Shown: positions 39,450 to 54,494, numbered from the stretch's first letter. The stretch is DNA of 64,000 nt from Octopus vulgaris (GCA_951406725.2 OX597818.1:106950001-107014000), one strand, 5' to 3'. Numbers and translations are program-made. Notes: generated by a model from the letters alone, not told the origin.

Positions 39450-39775
39450 AGGAAGAAGGAAAGCAGATGCTAAAAGTTACAGGCATATCTCTCTGATTTC
39501 ACTTGTTAGCAAGCTGTTGGAATTCATTATCGGAAGGAGGTTGATCATATTCTTGGAACAGAATAACTTGCTCATAAACACACAACATGGTTTCTGCACA
39601 GGGAGGAGCTGCCTCACACAACTACAACAACATTAGGATTGGGTACTGAAACAGCAGCTCAACTACTCAAACGTTAATGAGATATATCTCAACTTTGCCA
39701 AAGCCTTCCACAAAGTTGATCATGGGATGATGTGTCACAAACTAAGCAAACTTTGTATCACTGGAAAACTGGGAT
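39450..39775 (+). mobile_element. CR1/L2-type LINE RT fragment
   Basis: SYRHISLISLVSKLLE...QHGFCTGRSCLTQL*...IYLNFAKAFHKVDH, matching YRPISL / QHGF / DFAKAFD motifs with an in-frame stop. Confidence 0.8.
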
Positions 39776-40395
39776 GTACAGTTTTAATATTATTGACTGT
39801 TAGGAATACTTAAACTAGTCAACATCGTAATTTTTAAACATGTTTTTCTAATACATAATTCTAAATTTGTCTGTTATGAACATTTAAACTTGTCAACATT
39901 GAACCTTATATTGACTATTATCTTAAATTTTAACATCCATTCATAAACCCAGTAGCATTCAAATATCACATACTACCCCTCTCATTTATCTCCCAATTCT
40001 CAACTTCTGCTATTAGCTCTCTCAGTACTCTGTTCATTCACCCCTCCATCATCTTGATCTGACTCTCTAATGCCCTTACTCCAACACTCCACATACACCC
40101 ATCTAGCCACCCACCTTCTCCTGCCACTACCACTTCCATGCCTCCTGTAATACCTATTCTACCTTTAAGCTTTTATCTATCCACCCTGATGATGGAGGCT
40201 CTGGATTTTACCAATGTTTATTTGCTTCCATCGTTGATTGAAAATTTTTGACGAGCTATATCTGCTAACATTATGAAGTAACTCTGAACCGTCTGAACAG
40301 TCGTCGGACATGTAATGCCTTCTCTCCTCTAATTCTTTGTGTCTGTGTAATTTCAGCAAATTTGCTCTATTAAAGAATATATATGTATTTATACT

Positions 40396-40546
40396 TATTT
40401 ACATTTGATGAATATTTGTCACCATCTTGTTTGTTGTTAACACAATGTTTCCACTGATGTACTCTCCAGCCTTCATTATGTGTCCTGGGGGAATTTCGAA
40501 CCTGGGTTCTCATTCCTAAGGTATTTTTCCGATGTTGTTGTTGTTG

Positions 40547-40624
<78 letters not shown>

Positions 40625-40876
40625 TCACTGCCTGGAATTGAACTTGGAATCTTGTGCTTAGTAGCCTGTGCTCTTAACCATAATTGCCCATGGGTATATG
40701 GATACCCGTGGGCAATTATGAAGTGAACTTTTGAGCTTATAGGTTCAAAATTCCCCCAGGACACCTGAAGAAGCCTGGAGAGTACATCAGCCGAAATGTT
40801 GTGTTAACCTCAAACAAGATGAGGTCAAATATCTGTCAAATGTAAATAATGTAAATAATGTCTCTCAAATATAGAA
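40396..40876 (-). mobile_element. Second copy of the tRNA-head + hammerhead fold-back element
   Basis: Minus-strand tRNA-like head at about 40620-40681, (AAT)n and body down to 40396; inverted arm at 40741-40876; exact 13-bp TSD atgtatttatact at 40383-95 and 40877-89. Confidence 0.85.
40760..40805 (+). ncRNA. Minimal type I hammerhead motif (stem II mismatch)
   Basis: gacac-CTGAAGA-a-gcctgg...tcagcc-GAAA-t-GTT-gtgtt. The partner at 40439-40484 on the minus strand has a mutated core. Confidence 0.6.
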
Positions 40877-41003
40877 ATGTATTTATACTAGATAGTTAAT
40901 TAACTGAAACCTTTAAGTCTACTTTTCCTTTTTTTTACTAATATACATCTATATACATTTTGTACATTATAATGCAAGTTTTTTGCTTGTTTATTTGAAT
41001 CAT

Positions 41004-41065
<62 letters not shown>

Positions 41066-41084
41066 AATCTATCTATCTATCTAT

Positions 41085-41126
<42 letters not shown>

Positions 41127-41127
41127 G

Positions 41128-41158
<31 letters not shown>

Positions 41159-41662
41159 CTCAATAGTCTAGGGTTTAAAGGCCCACAGCTCTTCAATGCT
41201 ACAAAAATTAAGAAATCTGCATAAAGTGGAAGTAGATGTCTTCAAAAATGGAACTGGACATCCTCTAATCCACAATACTGGATGAACCAACAGCCTAATA
41301 TGAAGTGCAGATGAGGGCAGCAGAATCAAATTGCCCCTTATACACCAAATGGGCCAACAGCTGGGACAAAAGTGCATAGAGGAGTGGTGATGTGAAATAC
41401 CCCAGATTGAGGAAATCAGAAAGACCATGGTGGTGCTTCAGCATGACTGCAGCCACACGAGGGAGCTGAAATTAGTTCAATTCATATAATTATTTGTTTA
41501 GAGTCTGATTGAAACCTTTGGCATCTTTATGTCCAAAATTTAAATTTTTGTTGTAATAATTATTGCTCCATCACTTATGCAATTTATCCATAAATCTTCA
41601 GCATGGTCGTCATTCTAGCATAAGGGCTGTCCACATAGTGCTCATCCCTCTCATATGTATGC

Positions 41663-41725
<63 letters not shown>

Positions 41726-42727
41726 GAGAGAGAGAGAAAGAAGAGAGGGGAGAGAGACGCAGACAGATAAATAGACAAACACACACACACACGTATACTC
41801 ACACATGTCCCTTAGACTCTTATTTGTTTTTTTTGTATGCATTTGTGTTACTTCTTTGCTTGACAGCTGTGTGTGTGTATTTGTGTTGTTGTTTCAATTG
41901 TTCCAGAGATGCCTGTTGAGTAAGAATTATGTAAAAAAAAAAAAAGCAAATGAAAGAAGGCAAAAAAATAAATGAAAACTGAAAGTAAGGAACAAAAAAA
42001 AAAAAAAACAAGGATAGCAAGCATATTTGAAAGATTTCAAATAATTGGATTAAATGTTTAGAAAGTTAATTGGACAGTAAAGAAGAGCAGATGGCTGGGT
42101 TGAGGTGGGGCTTGGGACTCCTTTTGTAGCAATGTTATTCTGGTTTATAAATATCACTTCTACTGGTGTTTTTGTTCTCTTACTGATGTTGCAGTTGAAA
42201 AGGGATGGACATTATAATGATGATATGATGATGATGATGATGATGACGATGATGATGATGATAATGATGATGATGATGATGATGATGATGACGATGATGA
42301 TAATGATAATGATGATGACGATGATGATGATGATAATGATGATGATGATGTACTAATCACTACACTATACTCATTAACAAACCCCTACTATGACAATGAT
42401 GGCTACCACCACCACCACCACCACCACATCACCACCTCCACCACTACCACCACCACCACCACCACCACCACCAACAACAACAACAACGATAATACCACCA
42501 CCACTGCCATCACCTCATCAGCTCTACTACTGTCTCATCTGTTTATATACCATCATTGTTTTACCCTCTTCTGTCTCACATCTGCATCTCTTCTTCATCT
42601 ACTTACTTCCATATGACCCATTGGTAAGCAAACTGGTCCCTAAATATCTTCACTCATCCCTTCCTTACTCTCTGCACAAACCACGTGATGAAGATTCCTT
42701 TTTTTAATTTGATTTATTATTTCTCTT

Positions 42728-42940
42728 CAAGCTGGCAGAATCTTTAGCATTGCTGAACGAAATGTTTAGCAGTATTTTGACCATCACTACGTTCTGAGTT
42801 CAAATTCCACCAAGGTTGATGTTGTCTTACATCCTTTCAGGGCTAATTAAATAAGTACCAGTTACATACTGGGGTCGATGTAATCGACTTAATCCCTCCC
42901 CCAAATTTGAGGCCTTGTGCTTCCAGTAGAAAGGATTTAT
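42728..42940 (+). mobile_element. SINE family B
   Basis: aagctggcagaatc...ttctgagttcaaattcc...catcctttc...aagtaccagttacatactggggtcgat...tagaaaggat. Confidence 0.75.
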
Positions 42941-43286
42941 TATTTCTATTTACAAACCTTTAACCCATTGGTTATTTGATGAACGGTCCCAATCATTGGA
43001 TTGTTGCATTCTTCATTCATGTTTAGGAATCTTCTGATGTTTTTGGTCTTTAACCCTTGGTCACTTCTGATTTGGTAGGTCTTTAATCAAAGACATTCCA
43101 CTCATCAAGGTTTTGCAGTGGTTCCTTATCTATATTTCATTCTGAATGCTATTAAGTGTCCCTCATTTTTTAAGAGAGTACATATAATTTGAGGGAAAGT
43201 TGGGTGTTATTTCTACAATGTCATGTTAGATGTGTTGGCTCAAACAACAGTTTTTAGGTATGAATGTGCATATGTGGATGTGAGAG

Positions 43287-43537
43287 TGTATGTATGCATG
43301 TATGTATGTATGTATGTATGTATGTATGTATGTATGTATGTATGTATGTATGTATGTATGTATGTATGTATGTATGTATGCATGCATGCATGCATGCATG
43401 TATGCATGTATGTATGAATGTATTGTATGTATGTATGTATGTATGTATGTATGTATGTATGTATGTATGTATGTATGTATGTGTGTATGTATGCATGTAT
43501 GTGTGAATGTATGCATGTATGTGTGTATGAATGTATG
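43287..43537. repeat. (TATG)n microsatellite
   Basis: Direct reading. Confidence 0.95.
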
Positions 43538-43789
43538 TCCATAGACAAGAGGAAATATTTCGTGGTAAATCCATTGATCACAGTATTGTTATTTCCTTTT
43601 TTTTAGCAGGTAAACAATCTGCAATCAACAGGTTTTGTCTTACCAGGATGAAGGCAGGACTGACCACGGAATGACCATGAGGTATGGCATAACAAGCAGA
43701 GTTACTCTCATTTGTCATCAGAGGATTAGCAGCCAAACTAGAGGGAGGGGAGGAAGTGCCTTCTTTCAGATCCTCCCCACCCTCTTTAG

Positions 43790-44020
43790 CACTACCACCA
43801 CCACCACCAAGACAACTCCTCCATCATCACCATCATCATCATCGTCGTCGTCGTCATCATTGTCATCATTATCGTCGTCGTCGTCGTCATCATCATCATC
43901 GTCATCATCACCATCATCACCATCGTCGTCATCATCATTGTCGTCATCATCATCATCATCATCATCATCCTCGTCATCATCCGCGTCGTCATCATCATCG
44001 TCGGTGGCACGTCCTCATCG

Positions 44021-44066
<46 letters not shown>

Positions 44067-44112
44067 TCTCTGTGGCAGCAACAGCAGCAGTTGCAGCAGC
44101 AGCAGCAGCAGA
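43790..44112. repeat. Compound (CAC)/(CAT)/(CGT)/(CAG) trinucleotide array
   Basis: Direct reading. Confidence 0.9.
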
Positions 44113-45295
44113 ACTTCTCTCATCAATCACTCCATTTTCCCCCTACCTGCAAACAGTTTCCACTGAAAAAAGTTCTTATTCGCTGAAATTATTCAACTAA
44201 TTAGGAGTGTCTTATTTACTGTAGTTTTTAATTAGAAATTTAATTAGTTCTTTGAAATCTGCAACAAAACTTTGCAAAACAAAGATGTTAGATGTGTTAT
44301 AAAAAATATTTTTTATAAAAATGCTTCTCATTTATATAAAAAAAAATAAAATAGAACAGATCTAATGATGGAATTGTCAAGAACTGTCAACTTACCAGGA
44401 GAACTATGACATACATAGGAAAGAAGATCATTCAGGCAAAAATTCTTCTGCCAGAATCAAAAGTGAGAATATGCCATCACTGTCAGAATGAATGGATGGC
44501 AAGCTTAACCGAACCACATCCTACATTCTTAAAACGTGAAGGACACATTGGATAATATAGTCCAAGATGAGCTTATGTAGAAAGGGCTGTTGTCCTGGGA
44601 TTGAACAGCATTATCTCAAATCAGAAATCAAGCATCTACTGGATAGCTTGACTTAATTCAGTTAGGAGTCAAATTTCTCTTGAATTACATCATCATCACC
44701 ATCATCATCATCATCATCAACGTCTGTTTCCCATGCTGGCCTGGGTTGGAAGGTTTGGCAGAAGCTGGTAAGGCTGGAGGCTGCACCGGGCTCCATTGTA
44801 CGGTTTCTATGGCTTGCTGTCCTTCCTAATGCCAACTACGTTACAGTGTATGGGGTACTTTGTATCTAGCACCAGTGCTTTACATGTAGTAACGCTGCTT
44901 TTTACATGGCATCAACACCAGTGCTCTTTTACATGGTGATGATGATGATGATGATGATGATGAGGAGGAGGAGGATGAGGAGGAGGAGGATGAGCTGCTT
45001 CTTCTTGATTCTGTTGCCTTGTTTAGCTTTCCAGGTCTCTCAATCAGATAAACTGAGGAGTTCTTTGAAGAAGGAATGGTCAAAAGAGCTCAAGCATCAA
45101 TGCTGTCTCAGACAAGCGTTACAAATAGAGTCAGTGAGTTTTTTGCAGGGCAAAGCATAGATAGGAGAAAGCACAGCATTGCGTTGATGCTGAGCAGAAA
45201 GCCTGCAAGCAACGAGGTTCCTCACTCCAAATCATCTTTTAGATTCAGCAATTAAGAAAATTGCATTTCTAGCATTTCCAAACTACTTGAGTCTG

Positions 45296-45438
45296 AAGTA
45301 AAGAATATTTGCCAGCATAACATGGCAGTCCTGGTTTAGGATGAATGTTGCTGTAATTTAGCCCCAGGAGACATCGTCTCCAGCTGGCTATACTGTTGTT
45401 GAATATCTCTCGTTGTGAGGTTTATAAATAGTAATTTT
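45296..45438. mobile_element. Family D element, short rearranged form
   Basis: One arm (45296-45392) joined to the opposite-orientation tail; exact 13-bp TSD ctacttgagtctg at 45283-95 and 45439-51. Confidence 0.85.
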
Positions 45439-47388
45439 CTACTTGAGTCTGTCCTGTGATTTGGAATGCAATTCAATATGTAAAAGAAACAAAAGGGCTT
45501 CAGATCATCTGGCTTGATGTGGTACATGTTTAAGGGTCACTATTCTTCAAGAGCTGATAGTAATGTGCCTTTCCACCATGAGGCCCATAGCTGACTGGAA
45601 GATACTCCAAGCAACTAAATAATAAGTAACTTTCTTTCTATACCTGTTTCACAGAAATTAAGGTGCAAAACTCCTGCTGGCATTTATATCCTTTGATGGA
45701 GAGGCTTAAATAGTGGATGCTTGCATCCATGTAATTTTATGGGATTCGGCAGACATCATTTTCTATGTGACTCAGTAAGAAATGTTTTATTGTATCTGAT
45801 CTGGTCTGTAAGGGTAGGTGGAATATAATTACTAAAGAATTCCTCAGATGTAAGAAAAGAGTGCAGTGTAATTGTGGAATCAATGGAAACAGGTTGTGAG
45901 AGGAGATGGCTGAAGTTCCTCTTGAGTTTGACATATGAACTGCTTCATCCGAGGTTAAAATTATACGATGAAGCTGGAGAGTGACACTTGAAGAATTATT
46001 TGCTACATATCTAGAACATATTGTAGCATAACCAAATACCGAACATCCTTGTTAGTGAACTAAAATAACACCACATCATGATTAACGCACCATGCTGTTT
46101 CCTACAAAAGCAGAGAGAAACAGCAAATTGTTAACATAGATAAATGGAAACCAAAATGAAGCTTCTAAATGATGTTAATGGTGGGAAGATATTAGTAGAT
46201 TTGAAGAGAACCAATATTTTCTTCATAATTCACTGAATGCAAGAATTGTCTTGGTTTTTGCTTTCCATTTTTTTAATTTCTTCAAAGCAATCGTTTGATA
46301 CTCACCCCCAATTTGGTTTTTATTGTCATTTTGTGTAACACAATGTTTGAGCAAATTTCTTTACGGCGTCATCACAGAATAATCAAATAATCAAATGCTA
46401 CAAAATATCATTATTCTCATTTATCATGAAAGAAAAGACTCTATTTTCTTTTCCTTGCTGTTTTTTTTTAATTGTTTTTACATGATGTTGGGAGAGGAGA
46501 ATGAACAAATTTACTCTAAACATACTAATAAATGATTAATTAATGGTAACAAGGCGGCAAAATAATCAAAACAATTGCAAAGCTCAACATCAGACACAAA
46601 CACCCTTGCAGCACTGAGGAAATCAAATAACTCACTGACATTTGCCGGCAATTATTATTATTATTCTCCATTAAACATGGTTAACTGTATACTTTAGTAA
46701 TTTTCTCTTATTAACAGGCTGGTGTGGTAGTTTACTGGGTTTTTAGCCTTTGGATAGAAAATACAGTGAGCTACCTACAGGATGTGAATTATAGCCCTTC
46801 TGTAAGTCAAACAAATGGCTATCATGGCTACACAAGATGTGTGGCTGGAGTTCTGTGGGAAGTATTCAGTGTTGTTTTCCGTCCCTGGGGTTTTTAACTG
46901 AGTATATTACAAACGATTATTTATAGCTGTTTTTATACTCTGAGATGCAGTTAAATGTCTTATTTACATATTTTTCAATGCATCTGCATTTATGATTTAA
47001 ATTATACATATTCATAGAATTATACGTATTCAGAGAAGAACCACCATGTAGCAATATTCCCTAATATCATTATTATACGCACATATATATATATATATAT
47101 AAACAAAGAGGGATTATTAAGGTATTAGTAAACCAAGTGAAATACTACTTAAGCTTTCTGTAGATAGAAATACACCAGGTTAACAAACAGGTCATGTGAC
47201 CAGCATTGCGCTTCAAATAATCCAAAATCAACGTTTGTCACTTGTTGGTCTGTTGTGACGCTGGAATAGTTGTAAACTTCTAATAAAAAACATATATGAC
47301 TCATTATTTCTGTCTGTCTGTCTTCTGCTTTTCTGTCTGTCTCTCTCTCTATCTCTCTATCTCTCTATCTATCTATCTACCTATCTAC

Positions 47389-47450
<62 letters not shown>

Positions 47451-47544
47451 GTCTGTGTGTGTGTGTGTGTGTGTATTAACAGTTAGCCCTACAGAGAGGG
47501 AGCTCAATCAGTTTCTGTGGAAGCATACTGAATCCATAGATTTC

Positions 47545-48252
47545 TCATGAATGGGAACAAAGAGCCAACGTGAAATCTTGCATTAAACTTCAGACATTTG
47601 CTGCAGAGACATTGAGAATGCTTCAGCAAGCTTACGGTAATGAGGCAATGGGTCATATGCAATGTTTTGAGAGGTACAGATGCTTCATAAGCAGAAGAGC
47701 AACCCTGGAAGATGATGAGTGACCTGAAAGACCTGCCACAAGGGTCAACCCCAGAAATGTGGTATTGCGCAGGCCATCGATCAAGAGTTCTTCTGTGACA
47801 TTTTGAAGTGTTTGAGGGAGGACATTTGGCGAAAGCAACTGGATCTGTGGCTCCTGAAGAATTTAATTCTTCATGACAACCATGCAGCCTGTCACTGAGC
47901 TCACTTCACTTGTAAGTTTCTTATCAAAAGCAACGGGGTATCACTTTCCTACCCATGCTGTTCACCAGATTTAGCACCTGCTGACTTCCATCTCTTCCCT
48001 AAGATGAAAATGCAGCTCAAAGGTTGCCATTTTAACACCGTTGTTGGGATCCAGAGCTAATTGCAGAAGGGCCTCAATTCACTTATGGAAAACGACTTCC
48101 AGGATGGATTCCAAAAGTGGCAGGAATACTGAGACCAGTGTATTGCCATGCAAGGTGATTATTTCGAAGGAGACAATGTTAAAACATAGGTAAATGAGTT
48201 TTTTTTTTTATTAAACATACCTAATCTGGGAACATTTTGATATTACCGTGTA
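47545..48252 (+). mobile_element. Mariner (Tc1/mariner) transposase pseudogene, internally deleted
   Basis: N-terminal EQRANVK...ETLRMLQQAYGNEAM...LEDDE, then ILHDNHA...SPDLAPADFHLFPKMK...QGDYFEGD*. The WVP / first-Asp region is missing; in-frame stops; right end ...ttttgatattaccgtgTA. Confidence 0.9.
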
Positions 48253-49327
48253 TATCAGGAACAGCTTCTCTTTATTTAAAATTGGATGATTTATTGGAAG
48301 GTTAAACACATTATCAGGAAGCACTTTAATTAGTTCAGAAAATTCTCAGAATGAAATAAAATGCATTTAATAAGTCTTTTTCTGGAGCAAAGAGTTGTAT
48401 TATTTCATTGATGTCAATTCTCTACACAAGTTCATTCGCACAGCGAAAGAATGTTTGGTTATTCAGACTTGCCTGCAACATTGTTCTCCTCAAATACTTC
48501 TTGATGAGATTTCAGTAGCAGAAAGACCTTTGAAGATGCTACAGTAATTGGAATGGAGTAGAATATTCATTGCACAACATATACACTGGCAAAAAATCTC
48601 ATCTAACAAGTACGTTTTTATTGTATTTAAAAGCTGATATCTTCATCAAAGACTCACATCCATTTTCTCTTTTATGAATTCTGGAGATCATTGTGAGTAT
48701 TTGTACCATAATGTTGTTGCAATGATGAGTTCCTGTCCTGTTATGCTTCAATATTGACACACAAAACCATAAAACATTTGTTGTCATTGTCAGCCATTTT
48801 GCCATTTTGCCAATCAACACGTATTTGAATTTAGATTCATAATCCTTGAAACCTTCACAAAGATTTTCTTATCTATCTTATGTTTGTGTGTGTGTGTATG
48901 TGTGTGGAAGGTGGGGTGTATGTAATTCAAGCTGTAATTAGTAATTAATTTTCAATTTAAATTTTAATCAATTTATAATGTCACTTATTAAGGGACTAAA
49001 ATAGGCTCCTCTTCTTTCAGATCCCATTTCATTCACGATCTTCTCCCATATTCTTAGCAGTGAAGACGACAGAATGTCAGCCACATCCCCCGTTGAACAG
49101 TTACTGGCTGAAATCCCCAGTATGAAGCCATTGCTTTTAGGTTTATCACTTAAATTCCATTAAAGTATATATTCATGTGTGTGTGTTCTTTGTAACATAA
49201 GGCAATAAAATGCTCCCAGTGATTTGCCATGCTTAAGCATCCTGTTGCACTTAGAAAATGAAATACTGAGTTCCAGACAAACACAAAAGCAGAATGAACA
49301 TCATAAGCACAAATGATATAAACTATA

Positions 49328-49492
49328 GGCGTAGGAGTGGCTGTGTGGTAAGTAGCTTGCTTACCAATCACATGGTTCCGGGTTCAGTCCCACTGTGTGG
49401 CATCTTGGGCAAGTGTCTTCTGCTATAGCCTCGGGCCGACCAAAGCCTTGTAAGTGGATTTGGTAGCCGGAAACTGAAAGAAGCCTGTCGTA

Positions 49493-49555
<63 letters not shown>

Positions 49556-49778
49556 ATATGTTTGTGTGTCTGTGTTTGTCCCCCTAGCATTGCTTGAAAT
49601 CCGATGCTGGTGTGTTTACGTCCCCGTCACTTAGCGGTTCAGCAAAAGAGACCGATAGAATAAGTACTGGGCTTACAAAGAATAAGCCCCAGGGTCGATT
49701 TGCTCGACTAAAGGCGGTGCTCCAGCATGGCCGCAGTCAAATGACTGAAACAAATAAAAGAGTAAAAGAGAAAAGAGA
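49328..49778 (+). mobile_element. SINE family A, full length
   Basis: Colinear with 38657-39076. Confidence 0.9.
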
Positions 49779-50349
49779 GTTGTGTTTATTAAAATGTCTC
49801 CTTCATTTGCTCTGCATATCATAACTAACAATGCTATTAAGTATAATAATAGCTTATCCACTATACTGAAAACAGACTGGAAGAAGATAATCTACATAGA
49901 GCTCTAAGCTTAACAATAGCAGTCATACATCTATTTGTGCAAACAAGGTTCACTATAAATGAAGAACGCAAATGGCATTCAAAAATTTACTACAGCTGTT
50001 TCAGTAGAATATGTACAAATTGCATGATAGCATAAATCCACGATCCTCAGGCAAAATTTTAAATAAATATAAACAAAGTGAAATTTTGATGATAATCTAT
50101 TCAACAACCAGCATGATGAATAAGTAATATTTGGAAAAAGGACAATTGAATTTATTGTGGAAACAGAGAAGAAGTATAATGGACATTCTATGAGAGAAGA
50201 GGTCAAAACAACCTTATTAATTCAAACAGTTATGTTAATTAGTTTACAGCCATTATCCACTGGGAAGAAGTGCCAGGAAGCAGACTGGACAGCGAAAGCC
50301 TTTCTAGGAAGATATCTCTCACACATGTATTCAGTTATGTATGTGTGTG

Positions 50350-50411
<62 letters not shown>

Positions 50412-51036
50412 AGCAAATATGTCTGACCTACTGAATGACAAACTCCTTAACTTAGCATGCAAAGTAACTGAGTATTCCAAACACATTTGTACTCTTAACA
50501 TATTTCTCTTTCTCTCTCTCTCTTTCTCTTGCTTGCTCGCTCACACACACACATGCACACACGATGACAGCTTCTCTGTCAGTTTTGATGGTAAATATTC
50601 ACTCTTTCAGTCACGTATTTACTCGTTAGTTTGATGTGTAAACATCTGAGTATTTCACAGCTGTGAGAAATTATAACGAGAGTCTCCCTCTGAATTATAA
50701 TAACAAATTACACAACACTGAATGAACCTTTCAGTTATAGATATAGGCCAATAATGGGATTCCACACAGTTTCTGTCTATCAAATTTAATTTGCAAAAGT
50801 ATTGGCTTGATTGAAAACTAAGGTAAAAGCTTAAGATGGCACACAACAGGATCAAATCCATGGCACCCTGATTCTTAAGTGAATTTCATATGCATCTAGC
50901 CATGCCTACATTCATGAAATACACATGAATGTCTGTGGATTGGTGCTTGTTTATCTGTCTATCTATTTATCTACCCGTCCGTCTGTCTGTCTCTCCCTCT
51001 CCCTCTCTCTTTCTCTCTTCATATATATATATATAT

Positions 51037-51222
51037 CGGTGGCACGTAAAAAGCACCCACTACACTCATGGAGTGGTTGGCATTAGGAAGGGCATCCAGC
51101 CGTAGAAACATTGCCAGATCAGACTGGGCCTGGTGCAGCCAGAAGGCTTCCCAGACCCCAGTTGCACCGTCCAACCCATGCCAGCATGGAAAGCGGACGC
51201 TAAACGATGATGATGATGATGG
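51037..51222 (+). mobile_element. RTE 3' tail (family C)
   Basis: CpG-retaining copy ending ggacgctaaac(gat)n. Confidence 0.8.
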
Positions 51223-51617
51223 TGATATATACATATACCTCATTACGATGCCTTTTCTATGCATGCCAAATAGCAAATTGCATCAGAGCTTAATATAGTT
51301 CACTGTATTAAATTGTTACAGTGTTATATTGACAATGAGTATAGGTTATGACATAAACAAAGAAAAAAATATATGAGAAAGAAAAGCAGAAAAAACAGAT
51401 ATTAATTCCTGTCACTGTTTTAATCATTTTTACATCATTATGCTATTACGTAAAATGTAAGATGTTGTTGAGATTTCAGTGAAGGAGCCTTGGATCTAGG
51501 TTAGAAACCAGTTCTTTCTCGATTGGCAAGAAATCTTGAAATAAATCTGAATGACGTACTTATATATTTGCATGCATATGTATGTGTGTCATGTGTGTAC
51601 ATGTACATGCGCGTGTG

Positions 51618-51659
<42 letters not shown>

Positions 51660-53730
51660 ATATGCCAGAAACCGGAATCTATTATTCAATTGTGACTGTG
51701 TTGTTAGAGTTGATATATTGATGCCATTTTCTACGAGACTTAAATATCATATAGTTTTGTTTCATGAGGCTTCATTTCTGTGAGAGGAATTAATATTCCA
51801 TATTTTTAATAAACCATTTCTTCTTCACTGAGGCCAGCATATTAAGCAGGCATGCTTTGTTCCATAGGCCATTATTATGAGGGTCATTGCTCCAAGCCAT
51901 AGACTTTAATAAAGTATTTAGAACAACAAGAATGCAACAAGGCAATGAGGGACCTCTGTTCAGTCAGGTAGAATAGCAATCGAATTTTCCGAAATTCTCA
52001 CTTCTCCCTTTTCAACAAATGAGTTATATTATAATGTAATCCTAAATCTGAGTAGAATTTGGGATTAGCCATGGAGTATATTTTTATCAGAACATGTGTT
52101 ATGAGAAATTTTCTCTGTCACAACTGATTTGATTCTAAAGAGAAACAAAAGTAGGAATCAAATCTAAACTTTTATATTCTGATTACATTCTTTGTGTTAA
52201 CTTCAAAAGAAAGTCAACTGACTGACCTTTTGGAAGAATCTATTGGTCATTTCAATGTTGTGAGAGTTCCTTATGTAATCTAATTTCAACAGCAGCATAT
52301 GTTTATTTTTGACAAACATTCAAGACTTTTGATTGAATGGTGCACAGTTGCTTGAAATTAATTTTAAAAGCTCATTCTTCATTTATTTCTAAGCTATTAT
52401 CCTGGGCAATTTTAGAGAGTGAAGTGTGTTTTAAAAAATACTTTAGTGCTAATGGGTTGGAACATACCTGAATGGAAGGCAAACAGTAGTTTCTAACAGA
52501 CATTTCCCATTAATAATATTTTAACCCATTGCTGCTACAAAGCAGTCTACCATGCTACAATTATTTTTCACCTGGTTTGTTGAATTGACAAAAAAAAAAA
52601 AAAAAATAGGAGAATGAAAAAAATAAACTTTGACTTCAATTTCTATGGAGACTCAAATGTAACCAGCTCCAACTATTATTACATTAATCACATTTCAAAA
52701 ATTACTATCTTTAGCAACCCAGCATCATTAGTTTGAAAAATTGAGAAGTAGTGAAGAATTACAGCATACAAAAATATAGATTATTTACATATATTCTCTG
52801 CTTCTAATATCCAGTTGCTTCCTTAGCTTGACTGAACACTTTCTGCTGCATTACCCCTGAGGATCCTGGAAAATAATATATTACTTATTCCTCTCTGTCG
52901 CACCAGATCTTCCCTGGTTTTGAGAAGATTCCACCTCACAAGGACAAGTACATAAGATATCATCTATGTTGAACATAAAATAGTTCTGCTTGGTCTAATT
53001 ATTTATTCAGACATCTTAATATCTCTTCATTGGATTAAATGGTGGTAATATTTGGGGATACATTTTCACTCAGGGATTTCATGTTGTTTCAAGCTTCATC
53101 AATTCAGAGCAGTTTCTTTTCTTACTGGAATGGTTCTTTGACAGGCAAATGTTCTGAGGCATATGCTTCAACACCTCAAAAATGGCAAAATCTTAAAATT
53201 GTCAATCCTTAAAAACGGAAATACCATTCTATATGTGAATTCAAAGTTATGGATGAAGAAATAGTTCTTTTATTTGCAGCTTTGGTTATGGTCTTTGGGC
53301 TGAGGGGAAGAATTTCAAAAATTAGCCTTGAGCTGGAATGCATAACAATGGAATTTAAAAAGAATTTGTTCACAATAGAATTTAAAAGACATTTACTCAC
53401 CGTAGGCATCAAGTATCATTTCCATTATTTATATGTAAAAGGTGGTGCTATAATCTTCAAGTTGGCCTTAGGGCTGATGAGTTTTCTGTTTACTTAATGT
53501 TAGTGGTCATGTGCTTTGAGAAAGGAAGGAGCTGAATCTCGGAAAAATGAAAAAAACTTTGCATCAGTAAAGTTTGATTGAAACTAAAACATTATTACAA
53601 TAACGTTGATAAAATTGCTGCGATCATTGAAGGAGGAGAAATGATTACTGCAATAAGCAAAAGATAAAGGATTCTGGCTAATATGTGGGATATTTTCATA
53701 GAGATTGACTGGTAGATATTGAGATGTGAC

Positions 53731-53792
<62 letters not shown>

Positions 53793-53794
53793 CA

Positions 53795-54129
53795 TGAAAT
53801 TCCCACTAAGAGTTTTGTGAAGTTTTTACCAGCTTCAAATAGATCAAGTGCAAGAGCATAAGAGACTGGAGCTAGTGGTGGTCGACAAGATGCACCACAT
53901 GTGTTATACAGTTGATGTTGCATGCCCCTTTGACCCATGAATTGTCAAGAAGGAAGGCAAAAAGATAGACAGATACAACTGCCTTAAGTACAAAATAGCC
54001 CAGCTATGGAAAATGAAGAAAATAAAGATAGTGCCAATTATAGTTGGGTCCTTGGGAATAGTATCAGAAGGCATCAAGGGGAATATAAAGGAAATTGGAA
54101 TAGAGTGCCCAGTAGAACTGTTACAAAAG

Positions 54130-54130
<1 letters not shown>
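53795..54130 (+). mobile_element. R4/Dong-type endonuclease-domain fragment
   Basis: ELVVVDK...VDVACPFDP*...KIDRYNCLKYKIAQLWKMKKIKIVPIIVGSLG, directly after (AAT)n. Confidence 0.8.
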
Positions 54131-54417
<287 letters not shown>

Positions 54418-54438
54418 ATAATAATAATAATAATAATG

Positions 54439-54494
<56 letters not shown>

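Noticed and set aside
43635-44186. 183-aa ORF with poly-T/S/H/Q tracts resembling a transcription-factor low-complexity region
   Set aside because: Entirely explained by a compound trinucleotide microsatellite; no domain is present and overlapping frames are equally open.
43638-46400. Additional minus-strand donor-like sites (about 43644, 44396, 46305)
   Set aside because: Could belong to the putative minus-strand transcript, but exon boundaries are ambiguous and there is no coding signal.
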